Assembly (NCBI GenBank): GCA_019056785.1
Contig: DXJV01000084.1
Location: 1,489-65,488 of the forward strand
Source of the DNA: Candidatus Heimdallarchaeota archaeon
GTDB taxonomy: Archaea > Asgardarchaeota > Heimdallarchaeia > JABLTI01
DNA length: 64,000 nt
Reading direction: 5' to 3'
The translations under genes and the position numbers were made by a program. Positions 34,904 to 44,861 of this stretch are shown in pieces (the stretch's first letter is position 1; every line of letters starts with the position of its first letter). The notes under the pieces are model-generated. The model ran no database searches. It was not told the DNA's origin and saw only the letters and a program-made list of their open reading frames with translations.

Positions 34904-37201
34904 TTAACGCTTTGCTTGAAATCGAATGCGAACTATTAAAATTACACTCAAGAGCATAAAAACAACAAGGATTACAACATAAGCAACCCAGTGTCTTTCA
35001 ATCGGAAAGCTGTTTGGATCTAGAGGATCAGTGTGATTTAATATCTCCTCGCCATCCGAGTAGCCATCTCCATCTGTATCTGGATTTAAAGGATCCGTTC
35101 CCATCTTAATTTCCTGATAATCAGACAGAGTATCATAATCACTATCAGGATTATTGGGGTCAGTGTGATAGTAGATTTCTTCTCCATCTTCAAGTAAATC
35201 ATTATCGGTATCTGCTAACAAAATGCTTGTGAAATAGACTGTTAACTCTTCAATATCATTTAAGTTATCTAAGTCATTATCTAAACCGGAAATGCTTAAG
35301 TCAAAATAACCCTCGTTATAAACAACTGCAAGTGAATAGTTGATTATACAAACAGCTGTTAAAGAACTGTGAGTATCATAGTCGGCAATAAAATGAATAC
35401 TACCATCCGATTTTATTTGGTGAATTTCTATCTCAGACATGTGGATAACAATGAAATAATTTAGATTAAGAACTGTAAGCAGTACAGGAAAAAGGTAATA
35501 GACTGTGTGTATAATACTAGGAGATGCTGGGACACTGAAATCAAAATAATAAATGGTTGTGTCACTTAGTGCAAAGCCGCTTGTTCCGATGGTTTCAATT
35601 TGCTTAATTTCGAATCTCTGTATAGTCGACACAAGTTCGCCAAACTGCCATTCAATGCTATCTGGATTAATATTAATAAGAACAATTCCCATAGTTGGTG
35701 AAGCAACAAAAGCAAATTCTTCGCTAAGAGAGACCGTCGTTACCCTTGGTATCGACTTTGATGTGTTAAGAAGCTCAAAAGGAGCACTTTTATTAGAAAC
35801 ATCAAGGATTTCAAGACTATCATTACCATCTGCAACAAAAGCAAGCTCATCACGGACACAGACATCTAAGGCTTCTCCCCCGTCATAAAATGTTCCTACT
35901 AGTGATGCTTTTGCCAAATTTGAGACATCATAAATCTTAATGCCTTGAGTGGAACAGGCCAGATACAAATAATTTTCAGCTACACAAAAGCTGCTTATGT
36001 TGGCATCAAATATTGAAGCAATCTTTTGAAAAGAGTTGGTTTTTGTATCAAATCCCAATATTACAATCCTTTGGTTAGCCTCTCGTAAGAAAATTAAGCC
36101 ATTCTTATATTGAATTTGCTCGAAATCCTTTGGCCCTATAGAATTAAAGAGAAACGGTGAAAACTTATTTGAATTGTCAATTAACCACAAACCATTTTCA
36201 GCCAAGACATAACTGAAATTATTGAAAACGGTCAAGTCCACTAAGAAATCGTCCAGGACTAAAAAACTCTCACGAGTAAGATTATAACCTTGGATATTAT
36301 AAATTTCATATTCATCTGTGCTATTAATATTATACAAATAGTTCTGCTGGATGAAAATTTCATTAAAATTAATATTAGTTATATTTGCTTCTAAAACGGG
36401 TTTTGTTTTATCACTAACATTAAAGATGAATAAACTACCAAGAGAATCAACAACAAAAGCTGTTTCATTTTCCACTGTAATTTTTGTAAAATAATGCCCA
36501 TTACTATAACAAGTCCCCACCAGCTGAGGATTAGTAGGGGTTGAGATGTTATAGATTTCCAAACCATCTTTGCTACTCGCAAGGAACAGATAATTATCTC
36601 GAATAAAACAACCATAGGAGCCGCTATTATTCGTACGTAAACTTGTGACAAGCACCGGCGAATCTTTTTCACTTATATCATAAACAGACAAGTCATAATA
36701 ACTCCCGGTGGTATAAAGATAGTTATTGTAAACGACAAGGTCTCGAGCTGCAATTATCGCATGATTATCAAATATAGGGACGGGATTGTAAGGATTCGAA
36801 ACATCAATTATCTCAATATATGAAAGCCCATACGCAACGACAACAGTTTGCTCATCAATTACGGCAATTGCATAAACCGTTGAGGGGTCGCCATAAACAC
36901 TTAGGACCTCGAGTCGTGTAGGGTCAGACAAATTAACTATAGCTAAAAGACAATTGCCACCACCAACATATGCAAGAGAACCTGTAACAAGTACTTTATC
37001 AGCTTCACGGAAATTCTCCCGCCATAAAGTTTGATTCAAAAAATAAGGAAATGTTGATACACTTGCAGAACTAGTTGAATCACTTTGTTCCGAGGTAAAA
37101 GTAGGCGCGTCTTTCCAAGTGGCATTCAAAAGAATAACACCAATTATCATGAGAGTAAAGAAACCCACTTTTGCGTAACACTTAGGCTTGAATTGTCCCA
37201 T
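34904..37201 (-). CDS. membrane-anchored surface protein: LVIVD-repeat beta-propeller plus thrombospondin type-3-like Ca-binding repeats
   Basis: N-terminal signal/anchor. Repeats include IEIIDVSNPYNPVPI, LSVYDISEKDSPVLV, LEIYNISTPTNPQLVG, IKIYDVSNLAKASLVG and LEILDVSNKSAP. Then DTDNDLLEDGEE, DPNNPDSDYDTLSD and DPLNPDTDGDGYSDGEE, followed by a C-terminal TM helix and RIRFQAKR. Confidence 0.75.
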   Translation of the reverse strand: MGQFKPKCYAKVGFFTLMIIGVILLNATWKDAPTFTSEQSDSTSSASVSTFPYFLNQTLWRENFREADKVLVTGSLAYVGGGNCLLAIVNLSDPTRLEVLSVYGDPSTVYAIAVIDEQTVVVAYGLSYIEIIDVSNPYNPVPIFDNHAIIAARDLVVYNNYLYTTGSYYDLSVYDISEKDSPVLVTSLRTNNSGSYGCFIRDNYLFLASSKDGLEIYNISTPTNPQLVGTCYSNGHYFTKITVENETAFVVDSLGSLFIFNVSDKTKPVLEANITNINFNEIFIQQNYLYNINSTDEYEIYNIQGYNLTRESFLVLDDFLVDLTVFNNFSYVLAENGLWLIDNSNKFSPFLFNSIGPKDFEQIQYKNGLIFLREANQRIVILGFDTKTNSFQKIASIFDANISSFCVAENYLYLACSTQGIKIYDVSNLAKASLVGTFYDGGEALDVCVRDELAFVADGNDSLEILDVSNKSAPFELLNTSKSIPRVTTVSLSEEFAFVASPTMGIVLININPDSIEWQFGELVSTIQRFEIKQIETIGTSGFALSDTTIYYFDFSVPASPSIIHTVYYLFPVLLTVLNLNYFIVIHMSEIEIHQIKSDGSIHFIADYDTHSSLTAVCIINYSLAVVYNEGYFDLSISGLDNDLDNLNDIEELTVYFTSILLADTDNDLLEDGEEIYYHTDPNNPDSDYDTLSDYQEIKMGTDPLNPDTDGDGYSDGEEILNHTDPLDPNSFPIERHWVAYVVILVVFMLLSVILIVRIRFQAKR

Positions 37202-37341
37202 TATTAACCCATTAAAAAAAAGCTCAATCGCCTTTAAAACATTTCCAAATCAAAAAAAAGAAACTGTAGTTATGGCACTGACGCTTCCCCATTCGCCGAG
37301 AATGACTAATATATAGAAAAAATAGAAAAAAGAAAGCTTAT

Positions 37342-38049
37342 TCAAGCTTTCAATATTTCATCAATATCTTTCTGACTTAGAATCTGAACTTTGCCATCCT
37401 TTGTTTCCACGATGGCCATTTCAACAGTAATGGAATTTTGATCCTCTTCAAGTGAGGATTTCAAGGCGTCAATAGCTAATTTCATCGCGGCTTTCTTCGC
37501 AAGTGATTTCTTGTATCCTTTCTTTAAGACTTCCTTTGCTGCGCCTTCATTAGCACCTATGGCCGTCGCCAAACAGCTGAAAATCGCCCCTCCTGGATCG
37601 ATGAAATAGAGAGAGGTTTCTTTTTCATAGACACTTCCAAACAGAACAGCGATACCAAAAGGTCGCACTCCACCATATTGCGTGAACGATTGTAAATAGT
37701 CGCCAATTTTTTCCGAAAGCACTTCTGGATCAATTACTTCTCCGTAAGTAATCCGTTCGATTTGTGCTTCTATACGTGCTCGTTGTAGAAGTGCCCGCCC
37801 ATCAGCAGAATAGCCCGAAAAGGTAGAAGCAATGTGGTCATCGATTTTGAAGACTTTATCAGCAGATTCTATTAACTCAAAGGAACGTTTTTGCCCTGCT
37901 AAGATAACACATGTTTCAGTTTTAAGACCGACAGCGGTGCTACCCATTTTTACGGCTTCTCGCGCATATTCGACTTGAATGATTCGTCCATCAGGCGAGA
38001 AAATAACAGTCGCTTTATCATATCCAAATTGACTTGGTTGTGAAAACAT
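37342..38049 (-). CDS. psmA: proteasome alpha subunit
   Basis: YDKATVIFSPDGRIIQVEYA. Starts 1 nt after the psmB stop. Confidence 0.95.
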   Translation of the reverse strand: MFSQPSQFGYDKATVIFSPDGRIIQVEYAREAVKMGSTAVGLKTETCVILAGQKRSFELIESADKVFKIDDHIASTFSGYSADGRALLQRARIEAQIERITYGEVIDPEVLSEKIGDYLQSFTQYGGVRPFGIAVLFGSVYEKETSLYFIDPGGAIFSCLATAIGANEGAAKEVLKKGYKKSLAKKAAMKLAIDALKSSLEEDQNSITVEMAIVETKDGKVQILSQKDIDEILKA

Positions 38050-38050
38050 C

Positions 38051-38698
38051 TTATAATGCGCCTCCAGCTTCGATGATTTGTTCTTTTGTTAATTCCCGGA
38101 ACCCTTTCTTGTCGATAACGACTGCACGAATTCCGTCACCTGTTGCAGTATCACGTTTAATTGCAGCTTTCAAAGCTTGCAAGGCTAATCTCAGCCCTTC
38201 TTTTTCGCTCATGTCTTTTTCATACATTGCTTCCAGAACGCCAAAAGCCACCGGGGAGCCAGAGCCAGTTGCAAACCAGTCATCCTCTGACAAGGAACCT
38301 GCCATGTCGAAGGAGAAGATGTGTGGTCCGTTTTGGTCATATCCTCCTACTATTAATTGAACATAATAGGGGAAATATGCACGATACTGGCCATAAAGCA
38401 TGTTCTTTACTAAATTCGCAATCATAGAGATCTTTGGTCGTCGTTTACGGTCAAGCTCAAACAAACGAATTTGAGCTTGCATAATATCAATAATATATTG
38501 AGCGTCTGAAACCAGACCAGCAATTGTTATCGCAGAGAAATCATTTAGTTGGTGAACCTTTTTAGCGTGGTCGGAAGCAACCAAAGTACCCATACTAGCA
38601 CGCATGTCTGCAACTAGAATCGCACAATCTTTGCATTTCACAGCTACAGTTGTGGTGCCTTTTGTTAATTGACTTTCGATATTATTCATTGGTTGCAT
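38051..38698 (-). CDS. psmB: proteasome beta subunit (with propeptide)
   Basis: Propeptide MQPMNNIESQLTKG, then the catalytic TTTVAVKCKD. Confidence 0.95.
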   Translation of the reverse strand: MQPMNNIESQLTKGTTTVAVKCKDCAILVADMRASMGTLVASDHAKKVHQLNDFSAITIAGLVSDAQYIIDIMQAQIRLFELDRKRRPKISMIANLVKNMLYGQYRAYFPYYVQLIVGGYDQNGPHIFSFDMAGSLSEDDWFATGSGSPVAFGVLEAMYEKDMSEKEGLRLALQALKAAIKRDTATGDGIRAVVIDKKGFRELTKEQIIEAGGAL

Positions 38699-38832
38699 TC
38701 TTTCAACCTCGATTCATTTTCTAATACAACAGTTCCCCCTTAATATATAAAATGACTAACTTTCTCTTTCTGAGGTCGTTTCAAGAAGAAGAAAAACAAC
38801 CAGAGGTGAGGAAGTTCTCGAAGAACTGCCAA

Positions 38833-39606
38833 CTAGTTTTCTGAAAGAAAACTTTTTGCTGAATTCAACCACGAAAGTAATTTTTGTTGATATTCAATTT
38901 TAGAGACGGAACTTTTTCTCCATCCCTGGTATTCCGTCGTTGGGGTGACTCCTAACGATTTCAGAAAAGTAGTGATATATTGCGAAAGAGAGTCTAGGGC
39001 TTGCTCATACGGCAATTTTTGTTTGTCATTTTTCTCCGGAATGATCGTCAAGATCAATTCATTTTTGTAGATTTCTAAGGAAGCAATTGAACGGCTGTCC
39101 ACTAGCTGCCAACGAATGATGAAATTTTTCCCCTCAGTATGAGATAAGTAACGAAAAGCGCCAAACCATTTTCCCACTAAAAAGGATGAAAAGTCATCGA
39201 GAGGAATGTTAGAATCGAAAACAACGATTTGCTGTAAAAATTCCGTTGAACTTTGGTGAAGGTCAATAGCATTTTGAACCTTTACTATTTCTGAGAGAAT
39301 CGCCAACCCTTTTTGCGAAAGAGAATAATGATTATTGTTTTTATATAGCAATTCTTTTGTTAACAATCGATTAACGGCTTTAGTTATTTTTTGCTGATGC
39401 TTACCAAGTTGTCGTTTAATCCCTGAAAAAGAAAATAAAGTAAGGCCTTCTGCTAACATCTCAGTAGTTGCTAAGAGGAACAATACTTCCAGCTCATCGC
39501 GTGTTAGGTAGGAGTATTCTTCAGTATATAATAAACTGGGGCGAATGTTGATTTCTACTGCCGGAAAGGCACTTCCATTTCGATAAGCATCAGTATAGAT
39601 GTCCAT
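38833..39606 (-). CDS. hypothetical protein with a MarR/ArsR-like winged helix
   Basis: LTRDELEVLFLLA..FSFSGIKRQLGKHQQKITKAVNRLLTKELLYKNNNHYSLSQKG, then an uncharacterised C-terminal half. Confidence 0.5.
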   Translation of the reverse strand: MDIYTDAYRNGSAFPAVEINIRPSLLYTEEYSYLTRDELEVLFLLATTEMLAEGLTLFSFSGIKRQLGKHQQKITKAVNRLLTKELLYKNNNHYSLSQKGLAILSEIVKVQNAIDLHQSSTEFLQQIVVFDSNIPLDDFSSFLVGKWFGAFRYLSHTEGKNFIIRWQLVDSRSIASLEIYKNELILTIIPEKNDKQKLPYEQALDSLSQYITTFLKSLGVTPTTEYQGWRKSSVSKIEYQQKLLSWLNSAKSFLSEN

Positions 39607-39838
39607 AGACTCGTCCCTTATATATGATAATAAGCGTTTATCAATTATTTAATGACTTGCTTTTAGTTTGTAAATTGTTAAGCACTTTTTCTTTAATATT
39701 ATGGATAAATTTTACGATAAGCTTAATTATTGAGCCAAAGAGAGGTTTTAGCAAGTAAATTTACCTCTGGAAAGCAGGGATAACCAATAGTAAAAATAAT
39801 TGAATGATGAATAATATCATTGATATGGTGATAATTGA

Positions 39839-40786
39839 ATGAACAAACAAAAAGAGGCGGCACTAAAAAAACTTTATACTCAAAAATTAAAAGCCGCGGG
39901 GTATAAGACTGTCCCTGAATTAGTGAAAATTCTTCCACCAACAATTCAGAGCATTACAGGGGCAAGCCTTGCTACAGCTGAAAAAATCTTTGTCGCCGCA
40001 TTAAAAAGTCAGATGCGAAATGTTCAGCTTAAATTCAATGGTGAACCATCGGAAGGAATTTCTGACATACTAACAAATATGGGATTTCGAACCATACAAG
40101 AAATAGCGGATGCCAATCCTGCGATCCTCGCTAAAACATTAAACATAAGCCTTGCAAGTGCAGGGGATATTGTATTATTTGCCATGGAATTATTGGTGCG
40201 AAAGGAGAAAGCGAAAGTTTCAGTGGGGGATGACTTTCTCGAGGAAATTGATAGAGAAATCTCTCATTATTTGGGAAAATTATCTCGCGTAGAAAAAGAG
40301 AGTGAGTTACAATCGATCATCGGTGAAACTGTGGAGAAAATTCAAGAAACAATTAAACTTCCAGCAGAAGAACCAATAATAGACAAAAGCCAAAAAGAAC
40401 GCATTAGAGAAGTTTTAACAGAATTTACGACCGTTTTCCCGGGATGCGTTGGTTTTGCATTATTTAATCGCAAAGGGCTGGGTGTTTTTAGCTTTTACAA
40501 AGATAACGACGCAAAAACAAACCTAGCAAAAATAAATGAAACGTTCAGTGAAACATTTTGGAAAATTAGTTTACTCTTAGAAAACAAGAATGAATATGGC
40601 TGGATTACTGCTTCTCCCCATCTTATTTGGCTTGAGGCCATCCGGGACAAGGTTCAGAAAAGACTGTTGGCATTTGTTGGGCTATTCCTTTTTGAGGAGA
40701 ATGCTGACGGAGTTGGAGCTGCAACTCCCACAATCAAGGGAATAATGAAAGAAATAGAAAGGATAATTTTTTCACCCGAAAGTTAA
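39839..40786 (+). CDS. fusion of two HhH-like motifs with a C-terminal Roadblock/LC7-like domain
   Basis: LKAAGYKTVPELVKILPPTIQSITGASLATAEKI and NMGFRTIQEIADANPAILAKTLNISLASAGDI. The C-terminus reads FPGCVGFALFNRKGLGVFSFYKD..NEYGWITASPHLIWLEAIRD. Confidence 0.45.
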   Translation: MNKQKEAALKKLYTQKLKAAGYKTVPELVKILPPTIQSITGASLATAEKIFVAALKSQMRNVQLKFNGEPSEGISDILTNMGFRTIQEIADANPAILAKTLNISLASAGDIVLFAMELLVRKEKAKVSVGDDFLEEIDREISHYLGKLSRVEKESELQSIIGETVEKIQETIKLPAEEPIIDKSQKERIREVLTEFTTVFPGCVGFALFNRKGLGVFSFYKDNDAKTNLAKINETFSETFWKISLLLENKNEYGWITASPHLIWLEAIRDKVQKRLLAFVGLFLFEENADGVGAATPTIKGIMKEIERIIFSPES

Positions 40787-40803
40787 GGTGACCCCCGCCT
40801 TTT

Positions 40804-41202
40804 TTATTTTGATCCTTTTTTCAAGGTGTCATCTAGATCGGTTTCCTCTCGTCCACGACGTTTCACTTTTATAACCGGTTCCTTGCCTGTTAATTCCCGT
40901 TCTATTCGCATCAAGTCAATTTTAGTTAACTTGCGCTCGATCATATTCTTATACATGAGCATAATAATCGTATCTTTAATTGTTTGAGCAATTGCAGGAT
41001 TGTTTTTTGAAAGCCAATTCATATAGACTATTGCATCTGGTTCTAACACACTATTAACAATACGAGTAGCACGTATTTGTCGCTCTTTTGCTTTCGCTAG
41101 CTCCTCCTCTCGTTTTTTTTGCGCCAGATCTTTCTTGAGAGATTGGGCTAAGAGCTCTCGTCGACGTTTTTCACGCAAACTATCTAATTCTGGATCGCCC
41201 AT
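40804..41202 (-). CDS. PDCD5/TFAR19-family dsDNA-binding protein
   Basis: MGDPELDSLREKRRRELLAQ, then ATRIVNSVLEPDA, then KLTKIDLMRIERELTGKEP. Confidence 0.65.
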   Translation of the reverse strand: MGDPELDSLREKRRRELLAQSLKKDLAQKKREEELAKAKERQIRATRIVNSVLEPDAIVYMNWLSKNNPAIAQTIKDTIIMLMYKNMIERKLTKIDLMRIERELTGKEPVIKVKRRGREETDLDDTLKKGSK

Positions 41203-41266
41203 TTCATACCACCATCAATCTTCATACTTTTGGTAGTTATTCATAAGTATTTGTGTAGTGCCCACT

Positions 41267-42511
41267 TTATTCAATATTGGCATGTCGGCCCTTCATTTCA
41301 GTTTCTGTTATTCCTTTATGAATTGCAAGTTGAGCAATAATGCTTTCAATAACTATCGCAACAGCAAATTCAAATTGCGTTTCGATAAAGGGTTTGTCCT
41401 CTGAGAGACGGTTGTACCAACTTTCAGGGTCAAGTCGCCCCGGGACTTTAATTAAGACATCAATTTTTGAAGCAAACTCGGACTTGACATTCGAAGTAAA
41501 ACCAATAGTAAAAATCCTCTTCTTTTTCGCTTCGGAAACAAAACCATTGGTAAACGGCGTACTACCACTCCCACTTATGGCAACTAAAATATCGTTTCTT
41601 TTACGAAAACGCCAATCATCTTGTAAATGGATGTTAAAACCTAAATGCTGAAACCGCATTGCATGCATCGAAGCTATAATGCCACTTAAACCTGCACCAA
41701 CCCAAAAAACTTTCTTAGTTGATAACGGACTTAAATTCACAAATACCTCGAGAACCTTAATGATGTTTTCCTGGGTTTTTTTGTTTTTTACTATTTCTTG
41801 AACTGCTTTTTCAGCATTACTAATAACAGTATCTAATGTACTTTGGAATGAACGAACCGGCTCCTTTTCTCCACGAAGCATCCCAATTAAACTAATAGAG
41901 ATTAGCAATGCAGATAATTCAAAAAGGGTGCCCATTGGAGAGAGAGAGCTACGCATTTCTTCAGGGATCTGACTTAAGGCCAAAACATATTCTTTGTCTG
42001 TTTCTATAGCAACAGGCTCTTCTATTAATTTCTTTGATTTTGGTACTAACAAACAAATGTCTGCAAGACGTCCTAATCGAGATTTTTCATTCTGGGTGAG
42101 AGCGACAATTGTTGCTCCGCCATCAACACAAACGCCCACATTAGCAATGGTAGTGGATGTTTTGCCTGAACCAGAAAAAGCGACAACCACATCATCTACT
42201 GTTACCGGTAAAGCAAGTGTCCGGCCGATAATGGAAACATGAAAACCAAGATCTTTTAACATCTCAGCAAAAAATTCAACTGCACGCCCACTTCGGCCCA
42301 TTCCGGTTACATGAACAACTTTGTGTTTTTTCTTTGTTTCAAGCATCAAATTATAAAAAGCAATTAATTTATCCGCTTGATTTAACATTACCTTTCTAGT
42401 TCGGTTTGCTTGCGTCAAGAAAATATTACTCGCGCGAATTAGACCAGTTAAATCATGTAAGTTTAAAGCTTGAGTTTGTTGTTTTTTTTCTTGTTTCACC
42501 ATAAAAATCAC
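41267..42511 (-). CDS. tandem SIS-domain protein; both halves resemble 6-phospho-3-hexuloisomerase (PHI)
   Basis: First half VTGMGRSGRAVEFFAEMLKDLGF..VVVAFSGSGKTSTT; second half WVGAGLSGIIASMHAMRFQHLGF..ILVAISGSGSTPFT. Confidence 0.6.
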   Translation of the reverse strand: MIFMVKQEKKQQTQALNLHDLTGLIRASNIFLTQANRTRKVMLNQADKLIAFYNLMLETKKKHKVVHVTGMGRSGRAVEFFAEMLKDLGFHVSIIGRTLALPVTVDDVVVAFSGSGKTSTTIANVGVCVDGGATIVALTQNEKSRLGRLADICLLVPKSKKLIEEPVAIETDKEYVLALSQIPEEMRSSLSPMGTLFELSALLISISLIGMLRGEKEPVRSFQSTLDTVISNAEKAVQEIVKNKKTQENIIKVLEVFVNLSPLSTKKVFWVGAGLSGIIASMHAMRFQHLGFNIHLQDDWRFRKRNDILVAISGSGSTPFTNGFVSEAKKKRIFTIGFTSNVKSEFASKIDVLIKVPGRLDPESWYNRLSEDKPFIETQFEFAVAIVIESIIAQLAIHKGITETEMKGRHANIE

Positions 42512-42538
42512 TTCAGGACTTTTCCCGCAGCTATTTCT

Positions 42539-42619
42539 AAGGGAATTAAACTTTCAGAGGAAAGTGTTAATAGTTCAATGTTGATTCTTTATGTACCCAT
42601 TACCTTCAAGGGAATTAAA
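42539..42619. repeat. 12-nt direct repeat AAGGGAATTAAA (42539..42550 and 42608..42619) in a divergent promoter region
   Basis: Exact copies read from the sequence, between the SIS gene start (42511, -) and the agmatinase start (42743, +). Confidence 0.6.
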
Positions 42620-42742
42620 AGGTATTTCGATTGGAAAAGGATAAAAGGATTTTTAGGTGTAACTGTCATTTTTAAAATCTAAAAGCAAGATTAAAGAAGG
42701 GCGGGCTAGTTTTTAGTTACACTTAATGAATGAGGCTTTTAA

Positions 42743-43648
42743 ATGGACGAACCTTTTCTCGGAACGTTCGCAGTGTCAGAAATTGAAAGCGCTGTAGACG
42801 TAGATGCCATTCTTTTTGGAGTGCCATTCGAAGACAACATTCCTTTTTACCCCACTGGTTGCAGCTCTGCTCCCCAACAAATACGGACAGTTTCAAATTT
42901 ATTTTCTGGCCAAGGGTTAAGGCAAGAAAACATTCACACTAGAAATTTTCTCGATTTCGGTGATATTGATACGAAAGATAAAACATATGAGCAGATTGTT
43001 GAAAGTGTGAAAAACCGTGTCAAACAAATCCTCGATAAAAAAGCCATCCCTCTTATTCTGGGTGGAGACCACTCTATTGCTTTAGGTACGGCACAAGGGT
43101 TTTTAGAAAAACATCCAGATAAAAAGAAAATTGTTTGGATAGATGCCCACCTTGATTTAATGGATAAATATCCACCTGGGCAAAAAAAGACACGCGCAAC
43201 AGTCTTAAGACGCATTTTAGAACTTGAACACATCAGGCCTGAAGATGTCTATTTTATTGGCAGCAGGGGGTACAACCTTGGAATAGAAGAAGTTGAGTTT
43301 TTGAAAAAACATACTATGCACCTACTTCAATCACAAGATTTTGAAAACAAAAAGACTGTTAATGATTTTCTAAAAAAAATGTTAGCAGAAAAGGTTCCCC
43401 TCTATGTTTCATTAGATTTGGATGTTCTTGACCCTAGTTATGCACCTGGTGTAAGTGTCCCTGAACCAGCGGGATTAACACCAAGAGAGTTATCTTTCAT
43501 CCTTCAAAAACTTGCAAATAGCATCAGCTGTTTTGAAATCGTAGAGCTAAATCCCCTCCGAGATTATAATGACTTCACTGCGATGGTCGTTTGTAGGACG
43601 ATCTTTTCCTTAGCCGAGAACCTCGAAAAAAAAGAAAATAAGGTATAG
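42743..43648 (+). CDS. speB: agmatinase / ureohydrolase (arginase family)
   Basis: Mn-site motifs LGGDHSI, IDAHLDL and SLDLDVLDPSYAPG. Confidence 0.85.
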   Translation: MDEPFLGTFAVSEIESAVDVDAILFGVPFEDNIPFYPTGCSSAPQQIRTVSNLFSGQGLRQENIHTRNFLDFGDIDTKDKTYEQIVESVKNRVKQILDKKAIPLILGGDHSIALGTAQGFLEKHPDKKKIVWIDAHLDLMDKYPPGQKKTRATVLRRILELEHIRPEDVYFIGSRGYNLGIEEVEFLKKHTMHLLQSQDFENKKTVNDFLKKMLAEKVPLYVSLDLDVLDPSYAPGVSVPEPAGLTPRELSFILQKLANSISCFEIVELNPLRDYNDFTAMVVCRTIFSLAENLEKKENKV

Positions 43649-43740
43649 AAAAGTCTTAAAATAATTGTTTTAGTAAAATGATAGGAATTTGAATCAATTT
43701 ATTTAAAATACACAAAGAATAATTAAAGTGGGTAAAAAAA

Positions 43741-44781
43741 ATGAAGCCGTTATTACCTGTTGAAACACTTCAGAAACGATTGAAGACATATCTTTTAGAA
43801 ACAGGTAAATTATGGCTATTAATCCCAAAAAATAGCAAACTCCTCCAAATTAAAACGCCAGAACGAATTCAATCAGGCATGTCAAATAAAGTCTACTTTC
43901 TGGATTTGATGTTTGACCTTGATGGAAACGAGATTAGAAAGAGTGTTGTCTTGCGCATTTATCCTGAAAAACACGACCCCTTAAAACCTCAACGTGAATT
44001 TAGAAAGCTTGGAAGATTGCAGGGAGCACCAATCCCTGTACCAAAACCGTATGTTCTCGAAATGAACCCTCAGATTCTCGGCTATCCCTTTTCTATCATT
44101 GAACGGATCCCAGGCGACACTTTGGAAAAGGCAATTAAAAAGTATTCCAAACTCGATTTTGAGAAATTCATTTCGGGTTTTGCACAGTACCTTGTTAATT
44201 TACATAATTTTCGATTCAAAAATTTTGGTGTTGAAACCCCCAAGGGGATTATTAAAGAAGAAATTCCATATGATAAATATATTCTGAATGACATTACAAG
44301 ATCGTTAGAGTTTCTTAGAAAAGCAGGTTATTATGTTGAACCTCTTGGGAAATGGTTTTTCTCGTTCAAAAAGCAATTGAAACTTGATCGTTTTTCGCTC
44401 TTACATGGAGACCCCCAACCACGGAACATCATGGTACAAGGACCAAAGATAACCGGCTTGATAGATTGGGAATATTCACGATTGGGCGACCCCGCTTTAG
44501 ATGCGGGATGGGCACTATTCTTTTTTTCACTTTATCCTGAATTAGACCACCAAAGACATAATTTCTATAATCAATACATTACTAAAGTAAAATTACCAGA
44601 AATTGGCAACCGGATTTTCTTCTATGAAGTGTATACCGCAACCAGAATGATGGCCTTTGCTGTTAGTGCGCGAGACTATTCAACAGAAAAGTTCAAAGAA
44701 AGTGGCGTCTTTCTCAGTAGAATTCAGGAAGCATTTTTCAATTATGAAGAGAAAATTAGGAATATCATTTCAACCCGTTAG
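43741..44781 (+). CDS. aminoglycoside phosphotransferase / choline-kinase-like kinase (APH family)
   Basis: LLHGDPQPRNIMV (HxDxxxxN) and LIDWEYSRLGDPALD. Confidence 0.75.
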   Translation: MKPLLPVETLQKRLKTYLLETGKLWLLIPKNSKLLQIKTPERIQSGMSNKVYFLDLMFDLDGNEIRKSVVLRIYPEKHDPLKPQREFRKLGRLQGAPIPVPKPYVLEMNPQILGYPFSIIERIPGDTLEKAIKKYSKLDFEKFISGFAQYLVNLHNFRFKNFGVETPKGIIKEEIPYDKYILNDITRSLEFLRKAGYYVEPLGKWFFSFKKQLKLDRFSLLHGDPQPRNIMVQGPKITGLIDWEYSRLGDPALDAGWALFFFSLYPELDHQRHNFYNQYITKVKLPEIGNRIFFYEVYTATRMMAFAVSARDYSTEKFKESGVFLSRIQEAFFNYEEKIRNIISTR

Positions 44782-44861
44782 AGCTAGCTGCTAATGATAT
44801 TGAAATAATACAAAAGTATTTTTTGACTTGTAAGACGTTCTTTGCTAGAAGGTAAGCAGGA

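Noticed and set aside
42470-42682. 70-aa ORF in the SIS / agmatinase intergenic region
   Set aside because: It overlaps the 5' end of the SIS gene, has poly-F/L low-complexity composition and no motif. The region is better explained as a divergent promoter.
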